Assembly (NCBI GenBank): GCA_964388115.1
Contig: CAYLYK010000001.1
Span: 1,001,205 to 1,065,204 of the forward strand
Length of the DNA stretch: 64,000 bases
DNA from: an uncultured Hyphomicrobiales bacterium
GTDB lineage: Bacteria; Pseudomonadota; Alphaproteobacteria; Reyranellales; JAQSWP01
Direction: 5' to 3'
Below, piece after piece: positions 37,875-47,314 of this stretch. Below the pieces are notes generated by a model that was not told the origin of the DNA, did not search any database, and saw only the letters and a list, made by a program, of their open reading frames with translations. Each line of letters begins with the position of its first letter. The stretch's first letter is position 1. Both the position numbers and the translations under genes were made by a program.

Positions 37875-38666
37875 CTAACAGCCCTTGGCCAACGGGGTTA
37901 TGCCGGTCAGGTCGACGCTGAAATTGAGCCAACCATAGGTCAGCACCATGCGGCTGATGACGCCCGTTTCGTGCAGGCGCAGGCGGGTCTGGAACATCGG
38001 TGGGTCGCCCGAACGGTCGGCACGGAAGAACTGCAGCAGCAGCGGCCAGACCTTGGCGCCAACCACACTGCCATCGATGCCTTGCAGAAGCCGGGGCGGC
38101 AATTCCTGCGGATCCAGGACGCTGCCTTTAACCAGGAAATTGTCGCTGATCAGTTCGACGTCGAAGGCTTCCAGCGTGAAGCTGTCGGCCCCCCGTTTCA
38201 GCCGCTGGATCGCCGCGCCGATCAGGCCGACCGGCAGCACGGTCTCCGATGGCAGTTCGACGGTCTTGCGACCTTCGGGCGTGTTGAGGATGGCAGCCCC
38301 GCCACCGGACGTGGTCAACGTGACGGTGCCGTCGCGCTGGCTGCGCTCGCCATTCATCGCCCGGCGCAGGCGATAGGTCAGGCTATTGCCGTTGACTGTT
38401 TCCTCCGCGCGCAGCGAGGAGTCGACGTCGAAGCGCAGGTTTTGCGTCAGCAACACGGAAGCCTGCACATCGCGTTCGAACTTCCAGTTGCCCTGGCAGC
38501 TGGTCAGGCGTTGGCGCACTTTGCCGATTTGCGAGGCGTTGTCGGTGGTCCCCAGCGTGATGCGATACTCAGCCTGGTGGGCCAGCAAGCCATCTGCCTG
38601 CGCCGGCAATGCGGCGCCAAGGCACAACAGGCCTGCGAGCAGGAAGGGGAGCGAAAAACGATTCAT
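37875..38666 (-). CDS. Secreted DUF1849-like protein (EipB-like, tentative)
   Basis: Signal peptide MNRFSLPFLLAGLLCLGAALPAQA, then LLAHQAEYRITL. About 260 aa and beta-rich. Family assignment is from memory of the DUF1849 N-terminal pattern. Confidence 0.55.
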   Translation of the reverse strand: MNRFSLPFLLAGLLCLGAALPAQADGLLAHQAEYRITLGTTDNASQIGKVRQRLTSCQGNWKFERDVQASVLLTQNLRFDVDSSLRAEETVNGNSLTYRLRRAMNGERSQRDGTVTLTTSGGGAAILNTPEGRKTVELPSETVLPVGLIGAAIQRLKRGADSFTLEAFDVELISDNFLVKGSVLDPQELPPRLLQGIDGSVVGAKVWPLLLQFFRADRSGDPPMFQTRLRLHETGVISRMVLTYGWLNFSVDLTGITPLAKGC

Positions 38667-38735
38667 CGGCGGGTTAAAGCACAATCCGCCCGGATCAGGG
38701 CAGCAAAAAGGCAATGTCGCCGGACCAGAGCAAAT

Positions 38736-39872
38736 ATGCCGTCGTTGCCTCGCTGCCGCCGCTCCTGTCTAATCGGCGCAACAAGCAAGAGGGAGGAAGC
38801 CATTCCCGATACCAATTCCCTGGCTGAACTGCCGCCTGAACAGACGGGGCCCGCGGCATGGTACGGCCCATCGATTGCGGCGCGCGAAGACTACGTCGTG
38901 GCGCTCGACGCCGGCGATATTGCGGAGATCGATGCCGCCATGGCGCCGCTGCTGGTGCGCAACGCCGATATTGCCGCCGTGACGGCGGCCGATTTTCCCT
39001 TGCCGCGCCTTAAGGTCAAGCTCGACGCCACTTTGCGCGAGCTATTGCATGGGCGTGGTTTTGTCGTTTTGCGCGGCCTGCCGGTCGAACGTTATGACCG
39101 TCGCCAATCGGCCCTGGCTTTCTTCGGTCTCGGCACGCATCTGGGCCGGGCGCGTTCGCAGAATGCCAAGGGCCATGTGCTGGGCCATGTCCAGGATCTC
39201 GGGCTGGACGTCAAAGACCCGAATGTCCGCATCTACCAGACTCACGAACGTCAGACTTTCCACACCGATTCCTGCGACATCGTCGGGCTGCTGTGCCTGA
39301 AGACGGCCAAGAGCGGCGGTCTGTCGGCGCTGGTCAGCTCCACCACCATCTTCAACGAGATGCGCCGGCGGCGTCCCGACCTGTTGCGGCTGCTGTTCCA
39401 GCCCATCGCCACGGATCGGCGCGGCGAGGTTCCGGCGGGGATGAAGCCTTATTTCGAGATACCGGTTTTCAACTGGTATCAGGGCTATCTGACGGCCATT
39501 TACCAGCGCCAGTACATCGATTCGGCGCAACGCTTCGCCGATGCGCCGCGCCTGACGCCGCGGCATGTCGAAGCGCTGAACCTGTTCGACTCGCTGGCCA
39601 ACGACCCGGCGCTGAACCTGCACATGGAGTTCCGGCCAGGTGACGTGCAGCTCGTGCATAATCACACGCTGCTGCACGACCGCACCGGTTTCGAGGACTG
39701 GCCGGAGCCGGAGAAGAAGCGCCATCTGCTGCGCCTGTGGCTGGCCGCCGACGGCGCACGGCCGCTCCCACCGGTCTTCGCCCAGCGTTATGGCAAGATA
39801 GATATCGGCGATCGTGGCGGCATCATCCTGCCGTCGACCACGTCGCTGAACGCGCCTCTGGAAGCGGTGTAA
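38736..39872 (+). CDS. TauD/TfdA-family Fe(II)/2-oxoglutarate dioxygenase
   Basis: QTFHTDSCD (HxD), LVHNHTLLHDR (distal His) and RHLLRLW. The start is uncertain: ATG at 38736 is in frame, and there is no Met nearer the conserved core. Confidence 0.8.
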   Translation: MPSLPRCRRSCLIGATSKREEAIPDTNSLAELPPEQTGPAAWYGPSIAAREDYVVALDAGDIAEIDAAMAPLLVRNADIAAVTAADFPLPRLKVKLDATLRELLHGRGFVVLRGLPVERYDRRQSALAFFGLGTHLGRARSQNAKGHVLGHVQDLGLDVKDPNVRIYQTHERQTFHTDSCDIVGLLCLKTAKSGGLSALVSSTTIFNEMRRRRPDLLRLLFQPIATDRRGEVPAGMKPYFEIPVFNWYQGYLTAIYQRQYIDSAQRFADAPRLTPRHVEALNLFDSLANDPALNLHMEFRPGDVQLVHNHTLLHDRTGFEDWPEPEKKRHLLRLWLAADGARPLPPVFAQRYGKIDIGDRGGIILPSTTSLNAPLEAV

Positions 39873-39880
39873 GTTGCGGC

Positions 39881-40903
39881 ATGAACAGTGAAGAGCGTTT
39901 TGCCGGTCTCGACAGCATCAGGGGATTGGCGGCGGTTTGGGTGGCGATAGCCCACGGCGCCTCATTCCCGGCGAGAGAGACGCTGGTCTGGCTAGGTCTC
40001 AACCAATCTCTTTTGCCAAATTCGCTGAATAGCTTTGCCTTCAATAGCACTGCAGCCGTTACGGTCTTCTTCGTCGTCTCTGGCTTCTGCATTCACCGAC
40101 CGTATGTTGACGGACGTTGCCTGCAATTGTTGCCATACCTGACCAGGCGCCTCATACGCGTGGGCGTGCCCATGGTGACGGTGCTTATTTTTGGCTCGTT
40201 CGTCGGCGGCATCATCGAGGGCAAAAGCGCTGCGGTTCTGTGGACGGTTTACTGCGAGCTTGTTTATTACGGCCTTTATCCATTCATCCTGCTGGCGGCT
40301 CGCCGCATTGGAATGATGTCGGTGTTCGGAATTTCCATTGCGTTGTCTCTCGCCGTCATCGTTTTTAATTTCTCCATAACGCACCCAGGTTTTATTCCCG
40401 GTGGGCTGTCATGGGTAGTTTGCCTGCCGTTCTGGTTGACCGGATGCCTGCTGGCGGAGAAATTGAATCTTGGCTCTGGCAACCGTCCGGCGTTTTTGAT
40501 TTGGCTCTGGCGCGGCGGTATATGGGGACTCTCTGTTTTGGCGTTGTGGGGAGTGTTTCATTCGCCGGTTCGAATCGGTTATCCGACGTCCATGCTGGTC
40601 TTTGCTGTTCTCGCCGCGATGTGGCTTGAAAGAGAGTTGGTGCGCTACGCGGTGAAGAAGCCAGTGTGGATTCTCGAACATCTGGGTTCTATTAGCTACT
40701 CGATTTATCTGGTGCACATGATCGCTTTGGGGGCTTTTGTCTCCGTCGATTGGTCGGGCCCTTTCATTGTTGAATGGCTCGCAAAGGTCGCGGCGATTCT
40801 TGGTCTGGGCATGCTTTTCTATGTGCTGGTCGAGCGTCCGTCGCATAACCTGGCACGCTCGCTATCGAACAGGTTTCGCGCGATGCACTCAGTGTCTGCT
40901 TAG
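39881..40903 (+). CDS. Acyltransferase family 3 membrane protein
   Basis: FAGLDSIRGLAAVWVAIAHG...FFVVSGFCIHRPY with about 10 TM segments. Visibly AT-richer than flanking genes. Confidence 0.8.
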   Translation: MNSEERFAGLDSIRGLAAVWVAIAHGASFPARETLVWLGLNQSLLPNSLNSFAFNSTAAVTVFFVVSGFCIHRPYVDGRCLQLLPYLTRRLIRVGVPMVTVLIFGSFVGGIIEGKSAAVLWTVYCELVYYGLYPFILLAARRIGMMSVFGISIALSLAVIVFNFSITHPGFIPGGLSWVVCLPFWLTGCLLAEKLNLGSGNRPAFLIWLWRGGIWGLSVLALWGVFHSPVRIGYPTSMLVFAVLAAMWLERELVRYAVKKPVWILEHLGSISYSIYLVHMIALGAFVSVDWSGPFIVEWLAKVAAILGLGMLFYVLVERPSHNLARSLSNRFRAMHSVSA

Positions 40904-40916
40904 CAATTCCCGTCCA

Positions 40917-43900
40917 TCAGTGGAAGTCGCGCGACTTGATGCGGATACGCACGTCGCGCGGATGAACATTTGTGCGGGCGCGGGCGACGCGAACGTCGCC
41001 CTGATTGGGATGCTTGACCTCGTCGCCGCGGCCGTATTCGGGGATGATGATGTCGCGCGTACGGGTTGGCAGGACGTCGTTGGCCAAGGTGTCGAGCATC
41101 CAGGAAAGATCGATCAGCTTCTCCGCCACGACATGCACCACCAGCCCTTCGCGCTGCAGCTTTCCTTCCACCCGCATCATCCGCGCGCCCATCACGATCC
41201 GCCGATACTGCTCGAAGATCGCCGGCCAGACGATGATGTTGGCGACTCCGAATTCGTCCTCCATGGTGATGAACACCGTGCCGTTGGCGCTGCCCGGACG
41301 CTGGCGCACCAGAACCAGTCCGGCCACGGCAATGGCGCTGCCGGCCTTGATGTCGTCCAGCCTGTCGTTGGCGCTGATGCCGGTTGGCCGCAACTGCTGG
41401 CGTAGCAGCAAAAGCGGATGGGAGCGCAACGACAGGCGCAGGCTGGTGTAATCGTCCACCACATGCTCGCCGATGGCCATTTCCGGCAATTCCACTTCGG
41501 GTTCCGCCTGTATCGGCAACTCGGTCCGCAGTGCGGGCGTTTCGAACAGCGTCATGCGCTCGTCGCGCAATCCACGTACGGCCCACAGCGCCTGCCGACG
41601 GTCCAGTCCCATCGACTGGAAAGCATCGGCCCGCGCCATCTTTTCCAGCGCCTGCCGCGATAACCCGCTGCGCTGACGGAGATCCTGCATGTTGCGATAG
41701 CCATCGCCGCGGTGCTGGATCATCCGTTCGATGGCTTTCTCCTCGCCCCCGGTCACCTGGCGGAATCCCAGGCGCAAGGCGCAAAGCTGCGTGGTGCGGC
41801 CATTGGGGGCGGAAGGCGCGAGCAGGGCGCGGGGAGTCGGGGCCGGCTCCAGAGTGCAGTCCCAGTGGCTATGGTTCACGTCTGGTGGCAGCACTTCCAC
41901 GCCGTGCTCGCGCGCATCCCGCACGATCTGTCCCGGCGCGTAGAAGCCCATCGGTTGCGCGTTGAGCAGGGCGGCGGCGAAGACGTCGGGGTAATGGCAC
42001 TTGATCCATGACGAGACGTAGACCAGCAGCGCGAACGAAGCGGCATGGCTTTCGGGAAAGCCGTAATTGCCGAAGCCCTTGATTTGCTCGAAACATCTTT
42101 CGGCGAACGTCTTTTCGTAGCCATTGGCGATCATGCCGTCGATGAACTTCCTCTCGAAGCTGCCGATGGTGCCGGTCTGCTTGAACGTCGCCATGGCGCG
42201 GCGCAAGCCATCGGCTTCCGTTGGGGTGAAACCGGCGGCGACGATAGCAATCTTCATCGCTTGTTCCTGGAACAGCGGCACGCCCATGGTCCTTTCCAGC
42301 ACGGCACGGAGTTCCGGCTTGGGAAACTCGATGCGCTCCAGATTGTGCCGCCGGCGCAGATAGGGATGCACCATGTCGCCCTGGATCGGGCCGGGTCGCA
42401 CGATGGCTACTTCGACGACCAGGTCGTAGTAATTCTTCGGCTCCAGGCGCGGCAGCATCGACATCTGCGCCCGACTTTCGACCTGAAACACGCCCAGCGA
42501 ATCGGCTCGCGACAGCATTTCGTAGGTTGCGACATCGCCTTCGGGGATATGGAGATCGAGATCCCGGCCGTGATGCTGCTTGGCTAGGGCGAAACTCTTG
42601 CGCAGGCAGGTCAGCATCCCAAGCGCCAGCACGTCGACTTTCAGGATCTTCAGCGCGTCGAGATCGTCCTTGTCCCACTCGATGACGGTGCGATCTTCCA
42701 TCGCCGCATTGGCGATGGGCACCAGATCGTCGAGCCGGTTGCGGCAAATGACGAAACCGCCAACATGCTGCGACAGGTGGCGCGGAAAGCCGGTCAGGAT
42801 TGCCGACAGCTCAAGCGCCAGCGACAGACGCCGGTCGGTGGGATCCAGCCCGGCCTCGCGCACGTGCTCTTCGGGAATGGGTTCTCCTGAGGAGCCCCAA
42901 ACCGAATCAGCCAATGCGCCAACCGTGTCCGGCGATAGTCCCAGCACCTTGCCAACATCGCGAATGGCGCTGCGGCTGCGATAGGCGATCACTGTTGCGG
43001 TGAGGGCGGTATGGTCACGACCATATTCTTTATAGATGTGCTGGATGACCTCTTCGCGGCGCTCGTGCTCGAAATCGACGTCTATGTCGGGCGGCTCGTT
43101 GCGGGCGGTGCTGAGAAAACGCTCGAACAGCAGATCGATGCGGTCGGGACCGACGGCGGTAATGCCAAGGCAGTAGCACACCAGCGAATTCGCCGCCGAG
43201 CCGCGCCCCTGGAATAGAATTTCCTTTTTCCGAGCGAAGTCAACGATGTGGCGAACGGTAAGGAAGAAGGCCGCGTAATTGCGTTCCCGAATCAGATTGA
43301 ATTCGTTCTCGATCTGCTTTCTGTATTTTTCAATGGTGTTGCCGGGAAAGCGCTTCGCCGCTCCCTCCCAGGTCAGCCGTTCCAGTTCTTGCTGCGGCGA
43401 TCGACCGTCAATGCCGGCCTCAACCGGATACTGATAGTCCAGCTCCGTCATCGCGAAATTGCAGCGCTCGGCAATTTCCACGGTGCGCGCCAAGGCGTCG
43501 GAATGACGGTGGAACAGCCGTGCCATCTCTTCCGGCGATTTCAGGTGCCGCTCGGCATTGGCATGTAAACGCCAGCCGGCTTCGTCGATGGTGCAGCGCT
43601 CGCGGATGCAGCTCAGCACGTCCTGCAGGATGCGTCGCTCCGGCGCGTGGTAATGCACGTCGTTGGTGGCGACCAGCGGCACATTGCAGCGATGACCGAG
43701 TTGCTTCAGCTGCTCCAAGCGTCTTGCATCGTCGCCGCGATAGAGATGGTGGCCGGCAAGATGGCAGCGGCCGCGGAAGACATCGGCGCAATCGGCCAGG
43801 CGGCGGACGAATTCCTCGTCCGGATCTTCCGGCGGCACCACGATGGTCAGGATGTTTTCGGCGTGGGCGAAGATGTCGTTAAGGAAGAGATGGCACTGGC

Positions 43901-44237
43901 CTTTGGGCGCGCGCCGATTTCCCAAGGTCAGCAACCGGCAAAGCTTGCTGTAGCCCTTGATGTCCATCGGGTAGGCCAGCAGCGAGAAACCATCCTGCGT
44001 CACCAGCCGGCTACCGATCAGTAGCTTGATATCCTTACCGGCCTTCTTCGCCTCGTGCGCGGCCACATGCGCGCGCACGACGCCGCCCAATGTGTTGCGG
44101 TCGGTGACGGCGATGGCTCGATGGCCCAAGGCTGCCGCCGTCTCGACCAGTTCGGCAGGACGCGAGCCGCCGCGCAGGAAGCTGTAATTGGACGTGACTT
44201 GCAGCTCGGCATAGGCCGGCTCTGGCACCGCACGCAT
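40917..44237 (-). CDS. dnaE2: Error-prone DNA polymerase III alpha-like subunit DnaE2
   Basis: 1106 aa. N-terminal PHP domain (YAELQVTSNYSFLRGGS) and PolIIIA core. Sits downstream of imuA and imuB. Confidence 0.95.
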   Translation of the reverse strand: MRAVPEPAYAELQVTSNYSFLRGGSRPAELVETAAALGHRAIAVTDRNTLGGVVRAHVAAHEAKKAGKDIKLLIGSRLVTQDGFSLLAYPMDIKGYSKLCRLLTLGNRRAPKGQCHLFLNDIFAHAENILTIVVPPEDPDEEFVRRLADCADVFRGRCHLAGHHLYRGDDARRLEQLKQLGHRCNVPLVATNDVHYHAPERRILQDVLSCIRERCTIDEAGWRLHANAERHLKSPEEMARLFHRHSDALARTVEIAERCNFAMTELDYQYPVEAGIDGRSPQQELERLTWEGAAKRFPGNTIEKYRKQIENEFNLIRERNYAAFFLTVRHIVDFARKKEILFQGRGSAANSLVCYCLGITAVGPDRIDLLFERFLSTARNEPPDIDVDFEHERREEVIQHIYKEYGRDHTALTATVIAYRSRSAIRDVGKVLGLSPDTVGALADSVWGSSGEPIPEEHVREAGLDPTDRRLSLALELSAILTGFPRHLSQHVGGFVICRNRLDDLVPIANAAMEDRTVIEWDKDDLDALKILKVDVLALGMLTCLRKSFALAKQHHGRDLDLHIPEGDVATYEMLSRADSLGVFQVESRAQMSMLPRLEPKNYYDLVVEVAIVRPGPIQGDMVHPYLRRRHNLERIEFPKPELRAVLERTMGVPLFQEQAMKIAIVAAGFTPTEADGLRRAMATFKQTGTIGSFERKFIDGMIANGYEKTFAERCFEQIKGFGNYGFPESHAASFALLVYVSSWIKCHYPDVFAAALLNAQPMGFYAPGQIVRDAREHGVEVLPPDVNHSHWDCTLEPAPTPRALLAPSAPNGRTTQLCALRLGFRQVTGGEEKAIERMIQHRGDGYRNMQDLRQRSGLSRQALEKMARADAFQSMGLDRRQALWAVRGLRDERMTLFETPALRTELPIQAEPEVELPEMAIGEHVVDDYTSLRLSLRSHPLLLLRQQLRPTGISANDRLDDIKAGSAIAVAGLVLVRQRPGSANGTVFITMEDEFGVANIIVWPAIFEQYRRIVMGARMMRVEGKLQREGLVVHVVAEKLIDLSWMLDTLANDVLPTRTRDIIIPEYGRGDEVKHPNQGDVRVARARTNVHPRDVRIRIKSRDFH

Positions 44238-44240
44238 GGC

Positions 44241-44669
44241 TCAGGCCGCAAGCGCAGGCAGGGCGGAAAGATGCAGGATGGGGGAGGCCAGGAAATCGGC
44301 ATTCACCGTCGCCAGATCGCGATCGGCGGTGACCAGCGCCGCTTTCAGCGTCTCGGCGCAGGCCAAATAGAAGCAGCTCGCGATCGGCCGGTCGAGCTTG
44401 AGGCTGAGTTGTAAGGCGCGCTCGTGCAGATCCTGCACCGGGTGCAGGCGTTCAAAGAAAGCCGGCGCTCGATGCAAGGCTTCCTGCATCTGCTCCAGCG
44501 TGACCTCGTCACGCTGCAGTTTGAGACGAGCGATTTCGCTCATCTGCATCAGGATCAACTCTGGCGCGTGCAATGCCAGTCGAGAATCGATCAGGCGCAA
44601 CGCCACCGACCGCAAAGGTTCGTTGACGAACCATTTGACGGCGACGGTGGCGTCGACGACGTAAATCAT
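44241..44669 (-). CDS. vapC: PIN-domain toxin (VapC-like)
   Basis: MIYVVDATVAVKWFVNEPL...APELILMQMSE...LVTADRDLA. ATGA overlap with the upstream antitoxin. The stop is 3 nt before the dnaE2 ATG. Confidence 0.85.
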   Translation of the reverse strand: MIYVVDATVAVKWFVNEPLRSVALRLIDSRLALHAPELILMQMSEIARLKLQRDEVTLEQMQEALHRAPAFFERLHPVQDLHERALQLSLKLDRPIASCFYLACAETLKAALVTADRDLATVNADFLASPILHLSALPALAA

Positions 44670-44902
44670 CGACTGCGATTCTCCGTCAGCAGCAATGCGC
44701 TATCGGTCTGCGGCCGGTCCTTGGGCGTCAGCGCAGCGATGTCATTGGCCAGCGCGATCAGTTTATGCGCCGAGGGCGTTTGCGCGTGCCGCTCCATCAA
44801 GGCCCGGACCTCGCCCTCGAGCGAGCGGTTATTGGCTTTCGCCAGCAATTTCAACGCCTGCACGACGTCAGTGCCGAGATTGCGGATGGTCAGAGTAGCC
44901 AT
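44666..44902 (-). CDS. vapB: Ribbon-helix-helix antitoxin (FitA/VapB-like), 78 aa
   Basis: MATLTIRNLGTDVVQALKLLAKANNRSLEGEVRALM is the classic Arc/FitA RHH N-terminus. The ATG at 44902 is preceded by GGGGAAG. The ORF-track start at 45136 overlaps imuB and is rejected. Confidence 0.8.
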   Translation of the reverse strand: MATLTIRNLGTDVVQALKLLAKANNRSLEGEVRALMERHAQTPSAHKLIALANDIAALTPKDRPQTDSALLLTENRSR

Positions 44903-44918
44903 GTCTTCCCCATTCGGT

Positions 44919-46568
44919 TCAGGCGCAAAATCCATGCAGATACCAGCGCGCGGTGCGCATCGTGCCGGCGGCGCCGACCACGCTGTTGAACGGTCCGTCG
45001 CGATAGATCCAGTAGCGCTGCCCGTCTTCGGCTTCGATGCGGTAGTAATCGCGCACTGGCGGGATCGCGTGCAGGAGATTGGCTGCCGTCGCGTCCGCTT
45101 CGCGCCACCATTCGTTGGCCAGCCGTTCCGGCCCATCGACGCGCACCACGCGATGCGCCTGCTGGCGCCAGCGGAACTGCATCGGCGGATCGTCAGGCAC
45201 GGGTGCGGTGACGTCTATCGGCTCGGGGTTAGCGAGAAGTCGCACCGGCCGCACCGGCGCCGCCCGGGCAGGGTCGGGCCTGGCGAAGACGCGCCAATCC
45301 TGCGCCAGCGCCACCGCCGAGCGGGCAGCCCCAGCGCTCCCCGTCACAGGAGCGCTCGCCGAGACGCGCTGCACGGCGCGTTCGGGGATGTGGCTCTGGC
45401 GCGGAATCAGCCGGATGACGCGATCGGAGCCCAGCTTGGCTGTCAGTCGGTCGATCAATTCGTCGACCTTGCCGTCCTCGCTGCCTTCGCCTTGCTCGAG
45501 ACTTTTCTGCCGGCCAACGAAAGGATCGGCCGCGCGCGCGGTCAGCAGCATCAGCTCGACGCCAAAGCCGGCATCGATCTGGCCCAGCGGTTCGGCGAAC
45601 AGACGCAGCAGATGGTCGGCGTCGCGGCTCGGCTGGCTGGTGCCGATCTCGCAGCGCTCGAACGAGCCATCGACGCGATAGAGCACCAGCTCGATCTGCC
45701 GCGCGCCCATGCCGGCCGCCTCAAGCTGGCTGCCCAGGGAAGCCAGCAGGCGGGAAGTGGCGGCAGCAATATCCTCCGGCCGGCCGATCGGCTCGGCGAA
45801 GGCCAGGCGGCAGCGGAAAGGCGGCGTGGGACGGCGCGGCTCGATGGTCTCGGGAATTCTTCCCAGCGCTTGATCGAGCCGCGCCAAAGCGATCGGACCG
45901 AACCGGTTGGTCAGGGGCGCGCGCGGCAGGGAATAGAGATCGCCGATGCGGCGCAGGCCCAGACGGTTCAGCGTATCGATGGCCTCAGCAGGCAGGCGCA
46001 GGGCCTCGACCTGCAACTCCGCCAGAGCCTGGCGCTGGCCACCAGGCGGCAGGATGCGCTGGGCGCGGGTGCCGGTGCCGAAATGCGCCATGGCCCAGGC
46101 TGCGCCCGCGGTGTCGGCCAGCCCGGCGCGGCAGGTGAAGCCCAGCTTCTCGACGCGCTGCATCAAATCCTTGAGCAGCTCCGCTTCGCCCTTGTCGCCG
46201 CCGCCGAAGAGATGGGCGCAGCCGCTGATGTCGAGGAACAGCCCGTAGCCCGCCTGGTCGGGCATGTCGTCGAGTGCCACCCAGGGTGTATAGCGGTCGC
46301 ACCAGGCGGCGAGCTTCTCCAGCAGCCGCTTGTCGGCGCCGATGTCCTCGGCCACGACGCGCAGCTCGGGCAGCATGGCCCGTGCGTCGGCCAGCTTCAG
46401 CTGGCGATAGAGGCCGGCGCGCTGCGCTGCCTCATTGACGGAAGCCAGGCGCTGCCCGCCGGAAACGCTGGCCAGAGTCGCTCCAGGGCGCTCGCGCCAC
46501 TGGGGATCGAGGCGGGCCAGCCGGTCGGTCGACAGCCTGGGAAACCAAAGCGAAATCACCCTTTTCAT
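44919..46568 (-). CDS. imuB: ImuB, Y-family-polymerase-like mutasome subunit
   Basis: MKRVISLWFPRLSTDRLAR is the typical ImuB N-terminus. 549 aa. Position between imuA and dnaE2. Confidence 0.9.
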   Translation of the reverse strand: MKRVISLWFPRLSTDRLARLDPQWRERPGATLASVSGGQRLASVNEAAQRAGLYRQLKLADARAMLPELRVVAEDIGADKRLLEKLAAWCDRYTPWVALDDMPDQAGYGLFLDISGCAHLFGGGDKGEAELLKDLMQRVEKLGFTCRAGLADTAGAAWAMAHFGTGTRAQRILPPGGQRQALAELQVEALRLPAEAIDTLNRLGLRRIGDLYSLPRAPLTNRFGPIALARLDQALGRIPETIEPRRPTPPFRCRLAFAEPIGRPEDIAAATSRLLASLGSQLEAAGMGARQIELVLYRVDGSFERCEIGTSQPSRDADHLLRLFAEPLGQIDAGFGVELMLLTARAADPFVGRQKSLEQGEGSEDGKVDELIDRLTAKLGSDRVIRLIPRQSHIPERAVQRVSASAPVTGSAGAARSAVALAQDWRVFARPDPARAAPVRPVRLLANPEPIDVTAPVPDDPPMQFRWRQQAHRVVRVDGPERLANEWWREADATAANLLHAIPPVRDYYRIEAEDGQRYWIYRDGPFNSVVGAAGTMRTARWYLHGFCA

Positions 46569-47277
46569 GGCACCACTCCATCATCCAGCTTCGTTCTTGA
46601 TCGTCGATCCGGCCGCGCGCGCGGCGCAGGCTGACCCGCAAACGGGGTCGGGCAATGTCATGCAATCCGGGGGTCGAGGCGGCGGCGGCCGAACTGACCT
46701 GCCAGCGCGTCAGCGCCGCACTGGTGCGCAAGGCGCCGGGCAGGCGCAGCAGCAGGGCCGGCGTGGCGCTGGCTTCGGCCGCCAGTTGCAGCCGCCGCGT
46801 CGCCGTCAGATCGGCCGTGCGGATCTCGCCCAGCACCGCGGCCAGCACGCCCGACCGCAGCCCTTCCTCGATGGTCCACAGAACGTGGTCCTCGCTCTCC
46901 GGCTCGATCAGCAGCAGGCGGGAAGGATCGAAATAGGGTAGGAGGCCCGGGGCGTAGGGACGGGAGTCGAAGCGGCCGCCACGGCGGCGGACCCAGAGAA
47001 CGGGCCGGTCCTGCCGGCGCTCGGTGCCACACCGGCCCAGCAACCAGGCGGCAAAGCCGGTAGCGGCGGCAGTCGGCGTTGTTTCATAAGGGCTTACGCC
47101 TTCGATTTCATGCAAACCGCGAACCGACAAGCCGCCTTCAGGCAAGACCTGATCGATTGCCGCCACGCCCAAGGCCACAGCGTCCGACTTGCTGGAAAAA
47201 GACACGCTAAATCGCTGTTCAAGAACATTTATTTGTTCTCGAAGTCTGGCAATATCGGACAAGGATGCAGCGTGCAT
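46432..47277 (-). CDS. imuA: ImuA, RecA/SulA-like mutasome subunit
   Basis: LGVAAIDQVLPEGGLSVRGLHEIEG...VLWV... pattern. First gene behind the LexA box. The annotated stop gives a 137-nt overlap with imuB. Confidence 0.85.
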   Translation of the reverse strand: MHAASLSDIARLREQINVLEQRFSVSFSSKSDAVALGVAAIDQVLPEGGLSVRGLHEIEGVSPYETTPTAAATGFAAWLLGRCGTERRQDRPVLWVRRRGGRFDSRPYAPGLLPYFDPSRLLLIEPESEDHVLWTIEEGLRSGVLAAVLGEIRTADLTATRRLQLAAEASATPALLLRLPGALRTSAALTRWQVSSAAAASTPGLHDIARPRLRVSLRRARGRIDDQERSWMMEWCHEKGDFALVSQAVDRPAGPPRSPVARAPWSDSGQRFRRAAPGFRQ

Positions 47278-47314
47278 GGTCTCGATCCGGCGGTTTGGCG
47301 GAAAGCCGATAAAT

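Noticed and set aside
37851-38735. Upstream 295 codons of the 673-aa ORF 37851-39872
   Set aside because: It lies antisense to the secreted DUF1849-like gene. TauD-family similarity begins only after about 38800.
44903-45136. Upstream extension of the antitoxin ORF (156-aa track call)
   Set aside because: It overlaps the imuB 3' end in another frame. The RHH fold starts at MATLTIRNL (ATG at 44902), which has its own GGGGAAG RBS.
44424-46634. 736-aa plus-strand ORF
   Set aside because: It lies antisense to imuB and the TA pair. Low-complexity shadow ORF.
47223-47238. GAAC-N8-GTTC as a second LexA box
   Set aside because: Its spacing (8 rather than 7) and inverted orientation differ from the alphaproteobacterial direct repeat GTTC-N7-GTTC. 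It also lies inside imuA codons.
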